From NCBI GenBank assembly GCA_050698355.1, contig JBOHBN010000132.1, positions 1,195 through 65,194 of the forward strand: a stretch of 64,000 bases of DNA, given 5' to 3'. Both the position numbers and the translations under genes were made by a program. A model generated the notes under the pieces. The model searched no databases, had not been told where the DNA came from, and was given only the letters and a program-made list of their open reading frames with translations. Shown one piece after another: positions 53,037-64,000 of this stretch (positions are counted from its first letter, which is position 1; the number at the start of each line of letters is the position of its first letter). Source of the stretch: Streptosporangiales bacterium (GTDB lineage Bacteria; Actinomycetota; Actinomycetes; Streptosporangiales; WHST01).

Positions 53037-55658
53037 TCAGCCCGCGGCAGCCTCGGTGGCTGTGGCTGGCGTGGGCGCGGCGGACCCGACGACGAGACCG
53101 GCGCCCTCGGGTGCGGTGTCGACGCGGACGGTGTCGCCGTCCGCGATGTCGCCGGCCAGCAGCGCGCGAGCGAGCTGGTCACCGATCGCCGACTGCACTA
53201 TCCGCCGCAGCGGTCGCGCACCGAACATCGGGTCGAAGCCCTCCTCGGCGAGCCACGTACGCGCCGCCGGCGTGACGTCGAGGTTGAGCCGCCGCTCACC
53301 GAGACGCCGGGCGAGCCGGGCGATCTGGATGTCGACGATGCCGGTCAGCTCCTGCGTGCCGAGGGCGTGGAAGACGATCGAGGCGTCCAGCCGGTTGATG
53401 AACTCCGGCTTGAACGACGAGCGCACCACGCCGAGCACCTGCTCGCGCTTGGTCTCCTCGTCCACGCCCGGCTCGATGAGGTACTGCGAGCCGAGGTTCG
53501 ACGTCAGGATCAGCACGGTGTTGCGGAAGTCGACCGTGCGCCCGTGCCCGTCGGTAAGCCGGCCGTCATCGAGCACCTGCAGCAGGATGTCGAAGACCTC
53601 CGCGTGGGCCTTCTCGATCTCGTCGAGCAGCACCACGCAGTACGGCCTGCGCCGCACGCTCTCGGTGAGCTGGCCGCCCTCCTCGTACCCGACGTAGCCG
53701 GGCGGCGCACCCACGAGCCTGGCGACCGAGTGCTTCTCGGAGTACTCGCTCATGTCCAGGCGCACCATCGCTCGCTCGTCGTCGAACAGGAAGTCCGCGA
53801 GCGCCTTGGCCAGCTCGGTTTTGCCGACGCCGGTCGGGCCGAGGAACAGGAACGAGCCGATCGGCCGGTCCGGGTCGGCGACACCGGCGCGTGCCCGGCG
53901 TACCGCGTCAGACACCGCGCGTACCGCGTCGGCCTGGCCGATGACCCGCTTGCCCAGATCCTCTTCCATCCGCAGCAGCTTGGCCATCTCGCCCTCGAGC
54001 AGGCGCCCCGCCGGGATACCCGTCCAGCTGGAGACGACCTCCGCGACGTCGTCGGGACCGACCTGCTCCTTGACCATCAACGGCTCCGCGAGCTGCGGGC
54101 CCGACTCGGTCTCCTCGGCGAGCTCCTTCTCCAGCTCGGCGACCCGCCCGTACAACAGCTCCGAGGCGCCGGCGAGGTCGCCGTCGTTCTGCCGCCTGCT
54201 GGCCTCGACCTTGAGGTCGTCGATCTGCTTCTTCAGGTCACCGACCCGGTTGAGCTCGGACTTCTCCTTCTCCCACCGGGCGTTGAGCGCCGCGAGCTGC
54301 TCGCGCCTGTCGGCGAGGTCGGCCCGCAGCCGCTGCAGGCGTTCCCTGCTGGCGGAGTCCTCCTGGTTCTCCAGGGCGAACTCCTCCATCTTGAGCCGGT
54401 CGACCGAGCGCTGCAGCTCGTCCAGCTCGACCGGGCGGGAGTCGATCTCCATCCGCAGCCGGGACGCCGCCTCGTCGACCAGGTCGATCGCCTTGTCCGG
54501 CAGGAACCGGTCGGTGAGGTACCGGTCGGAGAGCGTCGCGGCGGCGACGAGTGCGGCATCGGTGATCCGTACCTGGTGGTGCGCCTCGTAGCGCTCCTTC
54601 AGGCCGCGCAGGATCGCGACCGTGTCCTCCTCGGTCGGCTCGCCGATGAACACCGGCTGGAACCTGCGCTCCAGAGCGGGATCCTTCTCGATGTGCTCGC
54701 GGTACTCGTCGAGCGTCGTCGCGCCGATCATCCGCAGCTCACCGCGCGCGAGCAACGGCTTGAGCATGTTGCTGGCGTCCATCGCACCCTCGGCCGCGCC
54801 CGCGCCAACCACCGTGTGCAGCTCGTCGATGAACGTGACGACCGCGCCGGCGCTGTCGGTGATCTCCTTGAGTACGGACTTCAGCCGCTCCTCGAACTGC
54901 CCGCGGTACTGCGCGCCCGCGACCATCGAGGACAGGTCGAGCGCCATCAACCGCTTGCCCCGCAACGACTCCGGGACGTCGCCGGTAACTATCCGCTGGG
55001 CGAGTCCCTCGGCGATGGCCGTCTTGCCGACGCCGGGCTCGCCGATGAGGACCGGGTTGTTCTTGGTACGCCGTGCCAGCACCTGTACCACGCGCCGGAT
55101 CTCGGCGTCGCGACCGACGACGGGGTCGACCTTGCCCGCGCGGGCGCGCTTGGTGAGGTCGACCGCGTACTTCTCCAGGGCCTTGTACGTGCCTTCGGGC
55201 TCCTCGCTGGTGACGCGCGCGCTGCCGCGGATCTTCGGGAACGCCGCGAGCAGCGCCTCGGGGGTGGCGCCGAGCTCGCGCAGCATGGCGGCGACCTGGC
55301 CGCCCTCGGTGGCGAGGCCGACGACCAGGTGCTCGGTGGACACGTACTCGTCCTCGAAGTCCCGTGCACGGTCCTGTGCACCGGTGAGAACCCGCGTCGC
55401 CTCCCGCGACAGGCTCGGTGCCGCCACCGTCGACCCGTACGCCTTCGGCATCTGCTCGAGCAGTTCCTCGCCGCGCTTGCGCACGCCCTGCCACTCGGCA
55501 CCGACGGCGTCGAGCAACGGCGCGGCCGTGCCCTCGGACTGGTTCAGCAACGCGAGCAGCAGGTGTACCGGCTCGACGTGCGGATGACCCTCCGCCGTGG
55601 CACGGCGCACCGCGTCGTTGACCGCGGCCTGGCTGTTCTTGGTCAGCTTGAAATCCAT
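53037..55658 (-). CDS. clpB: ATP-dependent chaperone ClpB
   Basis: Clp_N repeats, two AAA+ modules ([17 protein letters not shown]; [23 protein letters not shown]), and a long coiled-coil middle domain. ATG 55658 (MDFKLT) follows GGGGGAGA. Confidence 0.95.
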   Translation of the reverse strand: MDFKLTKNSQAAVNDAVRRATAEGHPHVEPVHLLLALLNQSEGTAAPLLDAVGAEWQGVRKRGEELLEQMPKAYGSTVAAPSLSREATRVLTGAQDRARDFEDEYVSTEHLVVGLATEGGQVAAMLRELGATPEALLAAFPKIRGSARVTSEEPEGTYKALEKYAVDLTKRARAGKVDPVVGRDAEIRRVVQVLARRTKNNPVLIGEPGVGKTAIAEGLAQRIVTGDVPESLRGKRLMALDLSSMVAGAQYRGQFEERLKSVLKEITDSAGAVVTFIDELHTVVGAGAAEGAMDASNMLKPLLARGELRMIGATTLDEYREHIEKDPALERRFQPVFIGEPTEEDTVAILRGLKERYEAHHQVRITDAALVAAATLSDRYLTDRFLPDKAIDLVDEAASRLRMEIDSRPVELDELQRSVDRLKMEEFALENQEDSASRERLQRLRADLADRREQLAALNARWEKEKSELNRVGDLKKQIDDLKVEASRRQNDGDLAGASELLYGRVAELEKELAEETESGPQLAEPLMVKEQVGPDDVAEVVSSWTGIPAGRLLEGEMAKLLRMEEDLGKRVIGQADAVRAVSDAVRRARAGVADPDRPIGSFLFLGPTGVGKTELAKALADFLFDDERAMVRLDMSEYSEKHSVARLVGAPPGYVGYEEGGQLTESVRRRPYCVVLLDEIEKAHAEVFDILLQVLDDGRLTDGHGRTVDFRNTVLILTSNLGSQYLIEPGVDEETKREQVLGVVRSSFKPEFINRLDASIVFHALGTQELTGIVDIQIARLARRLGERRLNLDVTPAARTWLAEEGFDPMFGARPLRRIVQSAIGDQLARALLAGDIADGDTVRVDTAPEGAGLVVGSAAPTPATATEAAAG

Positions 55659-55682
55659 CGTCTCCCCCAATTACCAATGCGG

Positions 55683-55736
55683 CCGAAAGTAGCTGAGCAA
55701 AGACCCTTTAAGACCTTCGAATGCAGCTACTTTCGG
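55683..55736. other. 13-bp inverted repeat with 28-nt spacer between the hspR stop and the clpB start (operon terminator and/or clpB control element)
   Basis: CCGAAAGTAGCTG (55683-55695) and CAGCTACTTTCGG (55724-55736) in an AT-rich spacer. Confidence 0.6.
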
Positions 55737-55759
55737 GTGCACCTTGGTATCGACCAGCA

Positions 55760-56179
55760 CTACATCCCCCGCGGCCGCTGCCACGGCCGGGTACCACCGT
55801 CGCGCAGCCGTACGATGTCGTAGCGCTCACCGCCTGATGGCTGGCCGGACCCGGCGGCGCGCAGCGCGTCGTGTGCGGCGGACAGCTCCTGTTCCAGGCG
55901 TGCGAGACGGTTGGCGAGCCGCGCGACCTGCTGCTGCATGGCGAGCAGCCGCTTGATGCCCGCGAGGTTGACGCCCTCCTGGGAGAGCCGCTGCACCTCC
56001 CGGAGCAGCTCGACATCGCGCAGCGAGTAGCGGCGACCCCGGCCCGCCGTACGGTCCGGCGACACCAGGCCCAGCCGGTCGTACTGCCGCAGCGTCTGCG
56101 GGTGCATGCCCGCCAGCTGTGCAGCGACCGAGATCACGTAGACCGGGCTCTCGTCGGTCAGCTCGAACCGGTCACTCAT
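55760..56179 (-). CDS. hspR: MerR-family heat-shock repressor HspR
   Basis: [66 protein letters not shown]. It is the last gene of the dnaK-grpE-dnaJ operon. Confidence 0.85.
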   Translation of the reverse strand: MSDRFELTDESPVYVISVAAQLAGMHPQTLRQYDRLGLVSPDRTAGRGRRYSLRDVELLREVQRLSQEGVNLAGIKRLLAMQQQVARLANRLARLEQELSAAHDALRAAGSGQPSGGERYDIVRLRDGGTRPWQRPRGM

Positions 56180-56262
56180 GTGCTCACCTCGCGACCGCAT
56201 CGCGCGACCTCACCGATCCGGCGAGTGCATCGGCGTATCGCGCGATCAGCTCCTTCGTTCAT
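56176..56262 (-). CDS. possible 28-codon upstream ORF overlapping the hspR start codon (very uncertain)
   Basis: GCGAGGAGGAAGT-ATG at 56262. Hand translation: MNEGADRAIRRCTRRIGEVARCGREVST. The stop TGA overlaps the hspR ATG (ATGA). The third-codon-position GC is low for this genome, which argues against a conserved protein. Confidence 0.2.
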   Translation of the reverse strand: MNEGADRAIRRCTRRIGEVARCGREVST

Positions 56263-56284
56263 ACTTCCTCCTCGCGACCCGCAC

Positions 56285-57442
56285 TCAAGACGCCTCGCCG
56301 CCTATGGCCGAGCGGTACTTCTCCAGCAACGCGCGCGCCTCGTCGTCCAGCTGCTCGGGCACGGTCACCTGCACGGTGACGAGCAGGTCGCCCCTGGTGC
56401 CGTCCTTGCGGCGTACGCCTCTGCCGCGGACGCGCAGCACGCGGCCGTTCGGTGTGCCGGGCGTGACGCGCAGGGTCACCTTCTTGCCCTCGAGGGTGGG
56501 CACCTGCATCTCGCCGCCCAGAGCCGCGTCCGGGAACGACACCGGCACCGTCACCGTGAGGTTGTCGCCGCTGCGGCCGAACGTCTCGTGCACCTGTACG
56601 TGTACGCGCACGTACAGGTCGCCGGGGTTACCGCCGTTCTCGCCCGGCGCGCCCTTGCCACGCAGCCGGATCCGCTGGCCGTCGCCCACGCCCGCGGGGA
56701 TGCGCGCCCGCATCGTGTGCTGGCTCACCGCGCGACCGCTGCCGCCGCACACAGGGCAGGGGTCGTCGACGATCAGTCCGCGGCCGCGACAGTCGCGGCA
56801 CGGCTCGGACAGGCCGAAGCCCCCCTGGCCGCGGATCGTCATACCGCTGCCCTCACATGTGGGGCAGACGCGCGGCAGCGTGCCGGCCTTCGCCCCGGTG
56901 CCCGAGCACTGCGAGCACGGCTTCGAGCTACTCATCGGTATCGACACCGTGGTGCCGTTGATGGCCTCGTCGAAGCTGAGCGTCGCCTCCTTGTCGATGT
57001 CGGCGCCCCGCCGGCTGCGCTTCGCCGACGTGGTGCCGGTCGTACGCCGCTGGCCGAAGAGCCCGCCGAGGATGTCGCCGAGCCCGCCGGCCTGCTGGCC
57101 CGTGCGCTGGCCGCCGAACAGGTCCCCGATGTCGCCGAGGTCGAAGTTGTAGCCGCCACCGCCACCGCTGCCGCTGGTACCGCCGGGGAACCGGAAGCCA
57201 CCCCCGCCGAAGAGGGTGCGCGCCTCGTCGTACTCCTTGCGGCTTTTGGGGTCGGCCAGCACGTCGTAGGCCTCGGAGATCTCCTTGAACCGCTCCTCCG
57301 CGTCCGGATCGCCCCGGTTGGAGTCCGGGTGCCAGTGGCGGGCGAGCTTGCGGTATGCCTTCTTGATCTCCGCGGAGTCGGCGTCCTTGGAGACACCGAG
57401 CGCCTTGTAGTAGTCCTTCTCTACGTAGTCCTTGGTACTCAC
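56285..57442 (-). CDS. dnaJ: molecular chaperone DnaJ
   Basis: J-domain DYYKALGVSKDADSAEIKKAYRKLARHWHPD, a G/F region, and four CxxCxGxG zinc motifs. GTG 57442 was chosen. Confidence 0.9.
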   Translation of the reverse strand: MSTKDYVEKDYYKALGVSKDADSAEIKKAYRKLARHWHPDSNRGDPDAEERFKEISEAYDVLADPKSRKEYDEARTLFGGGGFRFPGGTSGSGGGGGYNFDLGDIGDLFGGQRTGQQAGGLGDILGGLFGQRRTTGTTSAKRSRRGADIDKEATLSFDEAINGTTVSIPMSSSKPCSQCSGTGAKAGTLPRVCPTCEGSGMTIRGQGGFGLSEPCRDCRGRGLIVDDPCPVCGGSGRAVSQHTMRARIPAGVGDGQRIRLRGKGAPGENGGNPGDLYVRVHVQVHETFGRSGDNLTVTVPVSFPDAALGGEMQVPTLEGKKVTLRVTPGTPNGRVLRVRGRGVRRKDGTRGDLLVTVQVTVPEQLDDEARALLEKYRSAIGGEAS

Positions 57443-57455
57443 CGACCGTCCTTTC

Positions 57456-58195
57456 CTAGCCGCGGTCGGCCTCGGGCTCCGCGGTGGCGCCGGCCTCCTG
57501 GGCCTCTTCCTCATCCAGCTTCAACGCGCCCTCGACGGACGCGGGCGTGGCGCCGCCCTCCGCCTCGGTCACGGCGACTCGCGCCGCACGCAACACCCGC
57601 GTGCCGACCCGGTAGCCCGGCTGGTAGATGCGGCTGCACACGATGCCATCGACGTCCGCGGAGTACTCGTGCGTCATCGCCTCGTGGACGGTCGGGTTGA
57701 ACGGGTCGCCTTCCTCGCCGTAGCGCTCCAGGCCGAACTCCGCGGCGGCCTTCTCGAGGGCCTCCGCGACCGCCTTGAAGCCACCCTCCAGCTCCCCGTG
57801 GGTGCGTGCCCGGTCGATGTCGTCGAGGACCGGAAGCAGCTGGGTGAGGACCTTGCCGATCGTCAGCTGCCGCAGCGTCTCCCTGTCACGGTCGACGCGG
57901 CGGCGGTAGTTGACGTACTCGGCCTGCACCCGCTGCAGGTCCGCCGTACGCTCGGCCAGCTCGGTGCGTAGCTTCTCGGTCTCGTCGTCCGCGAACGCGG
58001 CCTCGGCAGCGGCAGCGGCACCGGGGTCTCCCGCCGGCACGCCTGCGCCGGCAGAGGGGCCCGTCGCGTCGGCCGGTTCCTGGGCGGCACCGGCCGCCCC
58101 CGGCGTGTCCGCCGGGGGCGGCGTGCGTACCTCACCCGTCTCGGGATCGACGCGGCGCCTGTCGCGGAACACGAAACCCTGCTCGGGCTCCTGTG

Positions 58196-58199
<4 letters not shown>
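57456..58199 (-). CDS. grpE: nucleotide exchange factor GrpE
   Basis: [18 protein letters not shown]...FDPxxHEA-type FNPTVHEAM. The start overlaps the dnaK stop. Confidence 0.9.
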
Positions 58200-60103
<1,904 letters not shown>

Positions 60104-60192
60104 CAGGTTCCCTCCGTTAGAGAGTTCGTGCACGAGAAAGTTGCGTGCTATCCAGTCAAAACTAACTCGCTCCTAAAGAAGCGTCAAATTCT

Positions 60193-60211
60193 ATGAGTCG
60201 GATATACTCAA
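60193..60211 (-). promoter_or_regulatory. HAIR-like HspR operator upstream of dnaK
   Basis: On the dnaK-sense strand, TTGAGT-ATATCCG-ACTCAT compares with the HAIR consensus CTTGAGT-N7-ACTCAAG. It is followed by TTGACG-N17-TAGTTT, a plausible -35/-10 pair. Confidence 0.6.
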
Positions 60212-60271
60212 CCTTGCTCTTGACCCGGGTTCGGGTAGTTACTGGCGAGTAACATCGTTAGCCTTTCCTTC

Positions 60272-62416
60272 ATGTCCTCTGAGATGCTGCTCCGGCTCGT
60301 GCTCGGCCTCGCCATGACCGCGGCGGCGTTCGCGGTCGCAGGCCATCGGCTGTTCTGGCTCTTCCGGCTGGCTCGCACCGGGCAGCCCGCACCGGACCGG
60401 ACGCGGGACGTCGGCCGTCGGGTGCTGACGCAGTTCACCGAGGTGCTCGGCCAGCGCAAGCTGTTGAAGTGGTCGGTGCCAGGGCTGGCCCACGCTTTCA
60501 CGTTCTGGGCGTTCATCGTGCTCCTGCTCACCATCCTGGAGGCGTACGGCGCGATCTTCGACAAGGAGTTCGCCATCCCGGGCATCGGGCGATCTCCGGT
60601 CCTCGGCTTCATCGAGGACTTCTTCGCCATGGCCGTGCTCGCGGCAATCATCGTGTTCACTGCGATCCGGGTTTGGCAGGCACCGAGACGGCAGGGTCGG
60701 TTCTCCCGGTTCTTCCGCTCGCACACCCGCGCCGCGTGGCTCGTCCTGCTGATGATTTTCAACGTTATCTGGACCCTCTACCTGATGCGTGGCGCGCAGG
60801 TGAACACCGGCGTCTTCCCCTACGAGCACGGCGCGTTCGCCTCGTACGCCGCGGCCTGGGTGCTGCGTCCACTCGGGCTGGGGGTGAACGAGGCGCTGGA
60901 GACCGCGGGGGTCCTGGGCCAGCTCGCTTCGGTGCTGCTGTTCCTCGTCATCGTGGTCTACAGCAAGCACATGCACATCGTGCTGGCCGCGCCGAACGTG
61001 CTCACCTCGCGGCGGCCGAACGCGCTCGGCCCGCTTGAGCCGATGATGAGCAACGGCAAGCCGCTCGACTTCGAGGAGGCCGACCCGGACGTCGACGTGT
61101 TCGGTCGTGGCAAGATCGAGGACTTCACCTGGAAGGGGATCCTGGACTTCGCCACCTGCACCGAGTGCGGGCGTTGCCAGTCCCAGTGCCCGGCATGGGC
61201 GACGGACAAGCCGCTGAACCCGAAGCTGGTGATCACCGACCTGCGCGACCACCTGTTCGCGAAGGCGCCGTACCTGCTCGCCGACGAGTCCAAGCGGGAC
61301 GCGCTGCCAGACCCGGTGAAGGCCGAGGCGGAGCGCCCGCTGGTCGGCGGCGAGGACGTGAACGGCGTGATCGACCCCGACGTGCTCTGGTCATGCACGA
61401 ACTGCGGCGCCTGTGTAGAGGAGTGCCCGGTCGACATCGAGCACATCGACCACATCGACGACATGCGGCGCTACCAGGTGCTGGTCGAGTCGGCGTTCCC
61501 GACCGAGGCCGGCACGATGCTGAAGAACCTGGACAACAAGGGCAACCCCTGGGGGATGAACGCCTCGTCCCGGCTGGACTGGACCGAGGGGCTGCCCTTC
61601 GAGGTGCGCGTGGTGGACGGGACGATCCCCGACGACGTGGAGTACCTGTTCTGGGTGGGGTGTGCGGGCGCACTGGAGGACCGGGCGAAGAAGACCACCC
61701 GCGCCGTCGCCGAGCTGCTGCACACCGCCGGGGTGGAATTCGCCGTGCTCGGCCCTGCGGAGTCGTGTACGGGCGACCCGGCGCGGCGGCTTGGCAACGA
61801 GTTCACCTACCAGATGCTCGCGCAGAGCAACGTCGAGACGCTGAACGAGGTGGGCGCGAAGAAGATCGTCGCGACCTGCCCGCACTGTTTCAACACGGTC
61901 GCGCGGGAGTACCCGCAGCTCGGCGGCGACTACGAGGTGGTCCACCACACCCAGCTGCTCGCCCGCCTGGTGGATGAGGGGCGGCTGAAGCCGACAACGC
62001 GGGTAGAGGAGAAGGTCACCTACCACGACCCGTGCTTCCTCGGCCGGCACAACAAGGTCTACACGCCGCCCCGCGAGCTGCTCTCGAACGTGCCCGGGCT
62101 GTCGTCTGAGGAGATGCACAGGTGCAAGAGCCGCAGCTTCTGCTGCGGCGCGGGTGGTGCGCGGATGTGGATGGAGGAGCGCATCGGCAAGCGAATCAAC
62201 AACGAACGGGTGGACGAGGCACTCGCCCTCGACCCGGACACCGTGTCCACCGCCTGCCCGTACTGTCTGGTGATGCTCGGCGACGGCGTCAAGGCCAGGC
62301 AGAGCGAGGACGCCGCGCGCGAGGACGTCGAGGTGGTCGACGTCTCCCACCTGCTGCTCCGCTCGATCCAGGGCTCCGACGGCGACTCACCACCACCCCC
62401 ACCGTCGCCGGGTTGA
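60272..62416 (+). CDS. membrane-anchored (Fe-S)-binding oxidoreductase with two 4Fe-4S and two CCG (heterodisulfide-reductase-like) domains
   Basis: N-terminal ~6 TM helices, CTECGRCQSQCP and CTNCGACVEECP ferredoxin motifs, then CCG repeats (CPHCF, CCGAGG). It resembles the mycobacterial Rv0338c-type protein near dnaK. Confidence 0.8.
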   Translation: MSSEMLLRLVLGLAMTAAAFAVAGHRLFWLFRLARTGQPAPDRTRDVGRRVLTQFTEVLGQRKLLKWSVPGLAHAFTFWAFIVLLLTILEAYGAIFDKEFAIPGIGRSPVLGFIEDFFAMAVLAAIIVFTAIRVWQAPRRQGRFSRFFRSHTRAAWLVLLMIFNVIWTLYLMRGAQVNTGVFPYEHGAFASYAAAWVLRPLGLGVNEALETAGVLGQLASVLLFLVIVVYSKHMHIVLAAPNVLTSRRPNALGPLEPMMSNGKPLDFEEADPDVDVFGRGKIEDFTWKGILDFATCTECGRCQSQCPAWATDKPLNPKLVITDLRDHLFAKAPYLLADESKRDALPDPVKAEAERPLVGGEDVNGVIDPDVLWSCTNCGACVEECPVDIEHIDHIDDMRRYQVLVESAFPTEAGTMLKNLDNKGNPWGMNASSRLDWTEGLPFEVRVVDGTIPDDVEYLFWVGCAGALEDRAKKTTRAVAELLHTAGVEFAVLGPAESCTGDPARRLGNEFTYQMLAQSNVETLNEVGAKKIVATCPHCFNTVAREYPQLGGDYEVVHHTQLLARLVDEGRLKPTTRVEEKVTYHDPCFLGRHNKVYTPPRELLSNVPGLSSEEMHRCKSRSFCCGAGGARMWMEERIGKRINNERVDEALALDPDTVSTACPYCLVMLGDGVKARQSEDAAREDVEVVDVSHLLLRSIQGSDGDSPPPPPSPG

Positions 62417-62437
62417 TCACGCCGTCCCTGCGACATA

Positions 62438-62493
62438 CCGCATGAAGGTGCCCTTGCCGCCGCCATCGCCGGGTGCAGGTGCCCTTCATGCGG
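62438..62493. repeat. 11-bp inverted repeat CCGCATGAAGG / CCTTCATGCGG plus a direct repeat of GGTGCCCTT after the Fe-S gene
   Basis: The arms are at 62438-62448 and 62483-62493, and GGTGCCCTT is at 62447-62455 and 62478-62486. It shares the A/GGGTGCCC and TTCATG words with the 22694-22742 repeat. Confidence 0.7.
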
Positions 62494-62528
62494 GTGCGGG
62501 TGCCGGAGGTACGCTCGAAGGCGTGCGC

Positions 62529-62939
62529 ATGCTGCTGACTCCCAAGTGGCTGGGCCTGCATGCGCTCACCGTCTTCCTGGTGCTCGCCTTCATCGGGCTC
62601 GGCTACTGGCAGGTGCTGCGCGGCGAGGCGGGCAATGCCCGCAGCTGGGGGTACGCGTTCCAGTGGCCGGCGTTCGCGATCTTCGTCATCTTCATGTGGA
62701 TCCGGATGATGCGTGAAGAGCTGCACCCGAAGAAGGACGAGCGGCCGGTTGCCGCTGCACGCCTCGGTTCCGATCCGTTGCCCGACGCGGTTGCCGCGAC
62801 GAGCGCACCGGTTGAGGATGAGGACGACGACCCCGAGCTCGTCGCCGAGCTGGAGGAATACAACCGTTACCTCGCCACCTTGAACGCCCACGCCGAGCGA
62901 GCGGACCGTAGGCAGCGAGCCGTCACCGTACGGAGGTAG
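62529..62939 (+). CDS. small membrane protein (2 TM) with acidic C-terminal tail, function unknown
   Basis: MLLTPKWLGLHALTVFLVLAFIGLGYWQVLR...WPAFAIFVIFMWIRMM, then EDEDDDPELVAELEEY. ATG 62529 was chosen. Confidence 0.5.
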   Translation: MLLTPKWLGLHALTVFLVLAFIGLGYWQVLRGEAGNARSWGYAFQWPAFAIFVIFMWIRMMREELHPKKDERPVAAARLGSDPLPDAVAATSAPVEDEDDDPELVAELEEYNRYLATLNAHAERADRRQRAVTVRR

Positions 62940-62962
62940 GAACCATCAGCGAAGCCGACCAG

Positions 62963-63331
62963 GTGGCCGCTGCAGCCGGGGAACCAGCACCCGCCGAACG
63001 AACCCGCGCCAAAGGCGCACTCCTCAGGTACCGCACCATGGCGTGGATCACCGGCACCCTTCTGATGACGCTGGTGTTCGCCGCCGTGCCGATCAAGTAC
63101 TTGGGGCACAACGACACCCCGGTCGCGATCATCGGCCAGATCCACGGCTACCTGTACATCGTCTACCTGGTCGCCGCTGCCGATCTGGCACGCCGGGTCC
63201 GCTTCTCGTTCAAGCGGATGGTCGGCATGTTCCTCGCCGGGGTGGTGCCCACACTCGCGTTCTTCTGCGAGCGGCGGGTCACCGGGTGGGTGCACGAGTA
63301 CGAGCAGACGCACCCGAACGACGTCGACTGA
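62963..63331 (+). CDS. DUF3817 domain-containing integral membrane protein
   Basis: LLRYRTMAWITGTLLMTLVFAAVPIKY...IHGYLYIVYLVAA...FLAGVVPTLAFFCER is the DUF3817 pattern. Confidence 0.75.
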   Translation: MAAAAGEPAPAERTRAKGALLRYRTMAWITGTLLMTLVFAAVPIKYLGHNDTPVAIIGQIHGYLYIVYLVAAADLARRVRFSFKRMVGMFLAGVVPTLAFFCERRVTGWVHEYEQTHPNDVD

Positions 63332-63347
63332 CCGGCGTACCCGTTCG

Positions 63348-64000
63348 ATGCCGACTGCCACGGCAGCCACCGAGTTGATCCGTGACCTCACCTGGGACGC
63401 GCTCCCGGAACCCATTCGCGAGCAGGTACTGCGTTCGGTGCTCGACCTGCTCGGCTGCGCAGTCGCGGGGACGCGGACGCCCGCGTTCCTCGTGGCGCAC
63501 GCGTTCAGCGAGGTGACGTTCGGCACCGGCACCGCGACCGTCATCGACTCGACGGCAAGGGGTGCGCCGGCAGCCGCGGTGCTCTGCAACGCGTTCGCGG
63601 CCAACGCACTCGATCTCGACGATGGATACCGGCCGTTGAAGGGTCACCCAGGCTCGGTGGTCATCCCGCCCGCGCTGACCGCGGCCGAGCGTACCGGCGC
63701 GTCGGGTGCACGCTTCCTGGCCGCCGTCGTTGCCGGATACGAGATCGGCCTGCGCACTGGCCTGCTCGTCCACCAGGAGTACGCGTACTACCACGGCACA
63801 GGCAGCTGGGGCGCTGCAGGAGCCGCGGCCGCGGTTGCGGCGTTGCGCGAGCTGAACGCCGAGACATGCAGCGTGGCCCTGGGCATCGCGGAGTTCCACG
63901 CGCCGATGACGCCGGAGATGCACTCGGTAGACCATCCGAGCATGCTCAAGGACGGCATTGGTTGGGGGGCGTTCAACGGGTACACCGCCGTCGACCTGGC
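63348..64000 (+). CDS. MmgE/PrpD-family protein (2-methylcitrate-dehydratase-like), N-terminal part; runs off the right edge
   Basis: Not in the ORF track (open-ended). Hand translation from ATG 63348: MPTATAATELIRDLTWDALPEPIREQVLRSVLDLLGCAVAG...CNAFAANALDLDDGYRPLKGHPGSVVIPPAL...GYEIGLR...GTGSWGA. These are typical PrpD N-domain motifs. Confidence 0.75.
   Translation, partial: MPTATAATELIRDLTWDALPEPIREQVLRSVLDLLGCAVAGTRTPAFLVAHAFSEVTFGTGTATVIDSTARGAPAAAVLCNAFAANALDLDDGYRPLKGHPGSVVIPPALTAAERTGASGARFLAAVVAGYEIGLRTGLLVHQEYAYYHGTGSWGAAGAAAAVAALRELNAETCSVALGIAEFHAPMTPEMHSVDHPSMLKDGIGWGAFNGYTAVDL

Noticed and set aside
55692-55712. CTTAAAG-N7-GCTCAGC upstream of clpB could be an HspR operator.
   Set aside because: Only about 4 of 7 positions match in each half. 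It is kept only as a remark inside the 55683-55736 finding.
56283-56289. CTTGAGT (a perfect HAIR half-site) overlaps the dnaJ stop codon.
   Set aside because: The partner half-site 7 nt away (GCGAGGA) does not match ACTCAAG, so this is an isolated half-site.

Overview
This is a high-GC actinobacterial chromosomal segment that is almost entirely core or housekeeping. It is built from blocks whose gene order I recognise from Streptomyces and Mycobacterium: a phd/vapC toxin-antitoxin pair and lhr ... nei; clgR-cinA-pgsA-rimO ... ftsK; panC; bldC-(hypothetical)-vdh-DUF3073-purM-purF ... purL-purQ-purS ... purB ... purD-purA-DUF3151-fba; pyrE; and clpB plus hspR-dnaJ-grpE-dnaK. I found no rRNA, tRNA, CRISPR array, transposase, integrase or prophage genes, and no obvious self-contained novel defence or accessory island. 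All functional calls come from reading the supplied translations and recognising motifs by eye. No database search or folding program was run, and several start codons were re-picked by hand (RBS, family N-termini, frame checks against the ORF track). Most of the other long ORFs in the track are alternate-frame artefacts of the high GC content.

The items worth a second look are mostly non-coding or organisational:
- A 52-bp palindromic, AT-rich, GATC-dense repeat occurs four times with identical termini. Two copies supply the stop codon of flanking genes.
- A cluster of hairpins with six-cytosine loops sits on the minus strand upstream of an ECF sigma/anti-sigma fusion gene and resembles the actinobacterial 6C sRNA.
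- A tightly packed co-directional cluster runs bldC, Vms1-like (acVLRF1-type) release factor, pilus-less A24 aspartyl peptidase, small HTH protein, Clp_N-domain protein.
- A divergent MiaA/IPT paralog lies next to a THUMP RNA methyltransferase, separated by a perfect 21-bp hairpin.
- Several unusually strong inverted repeats sit in promoter regions (ftsK/panC, the sterol-carrier gene, hspR/clpB).
- A RecA-NDp-like motif lies in front of lhr.
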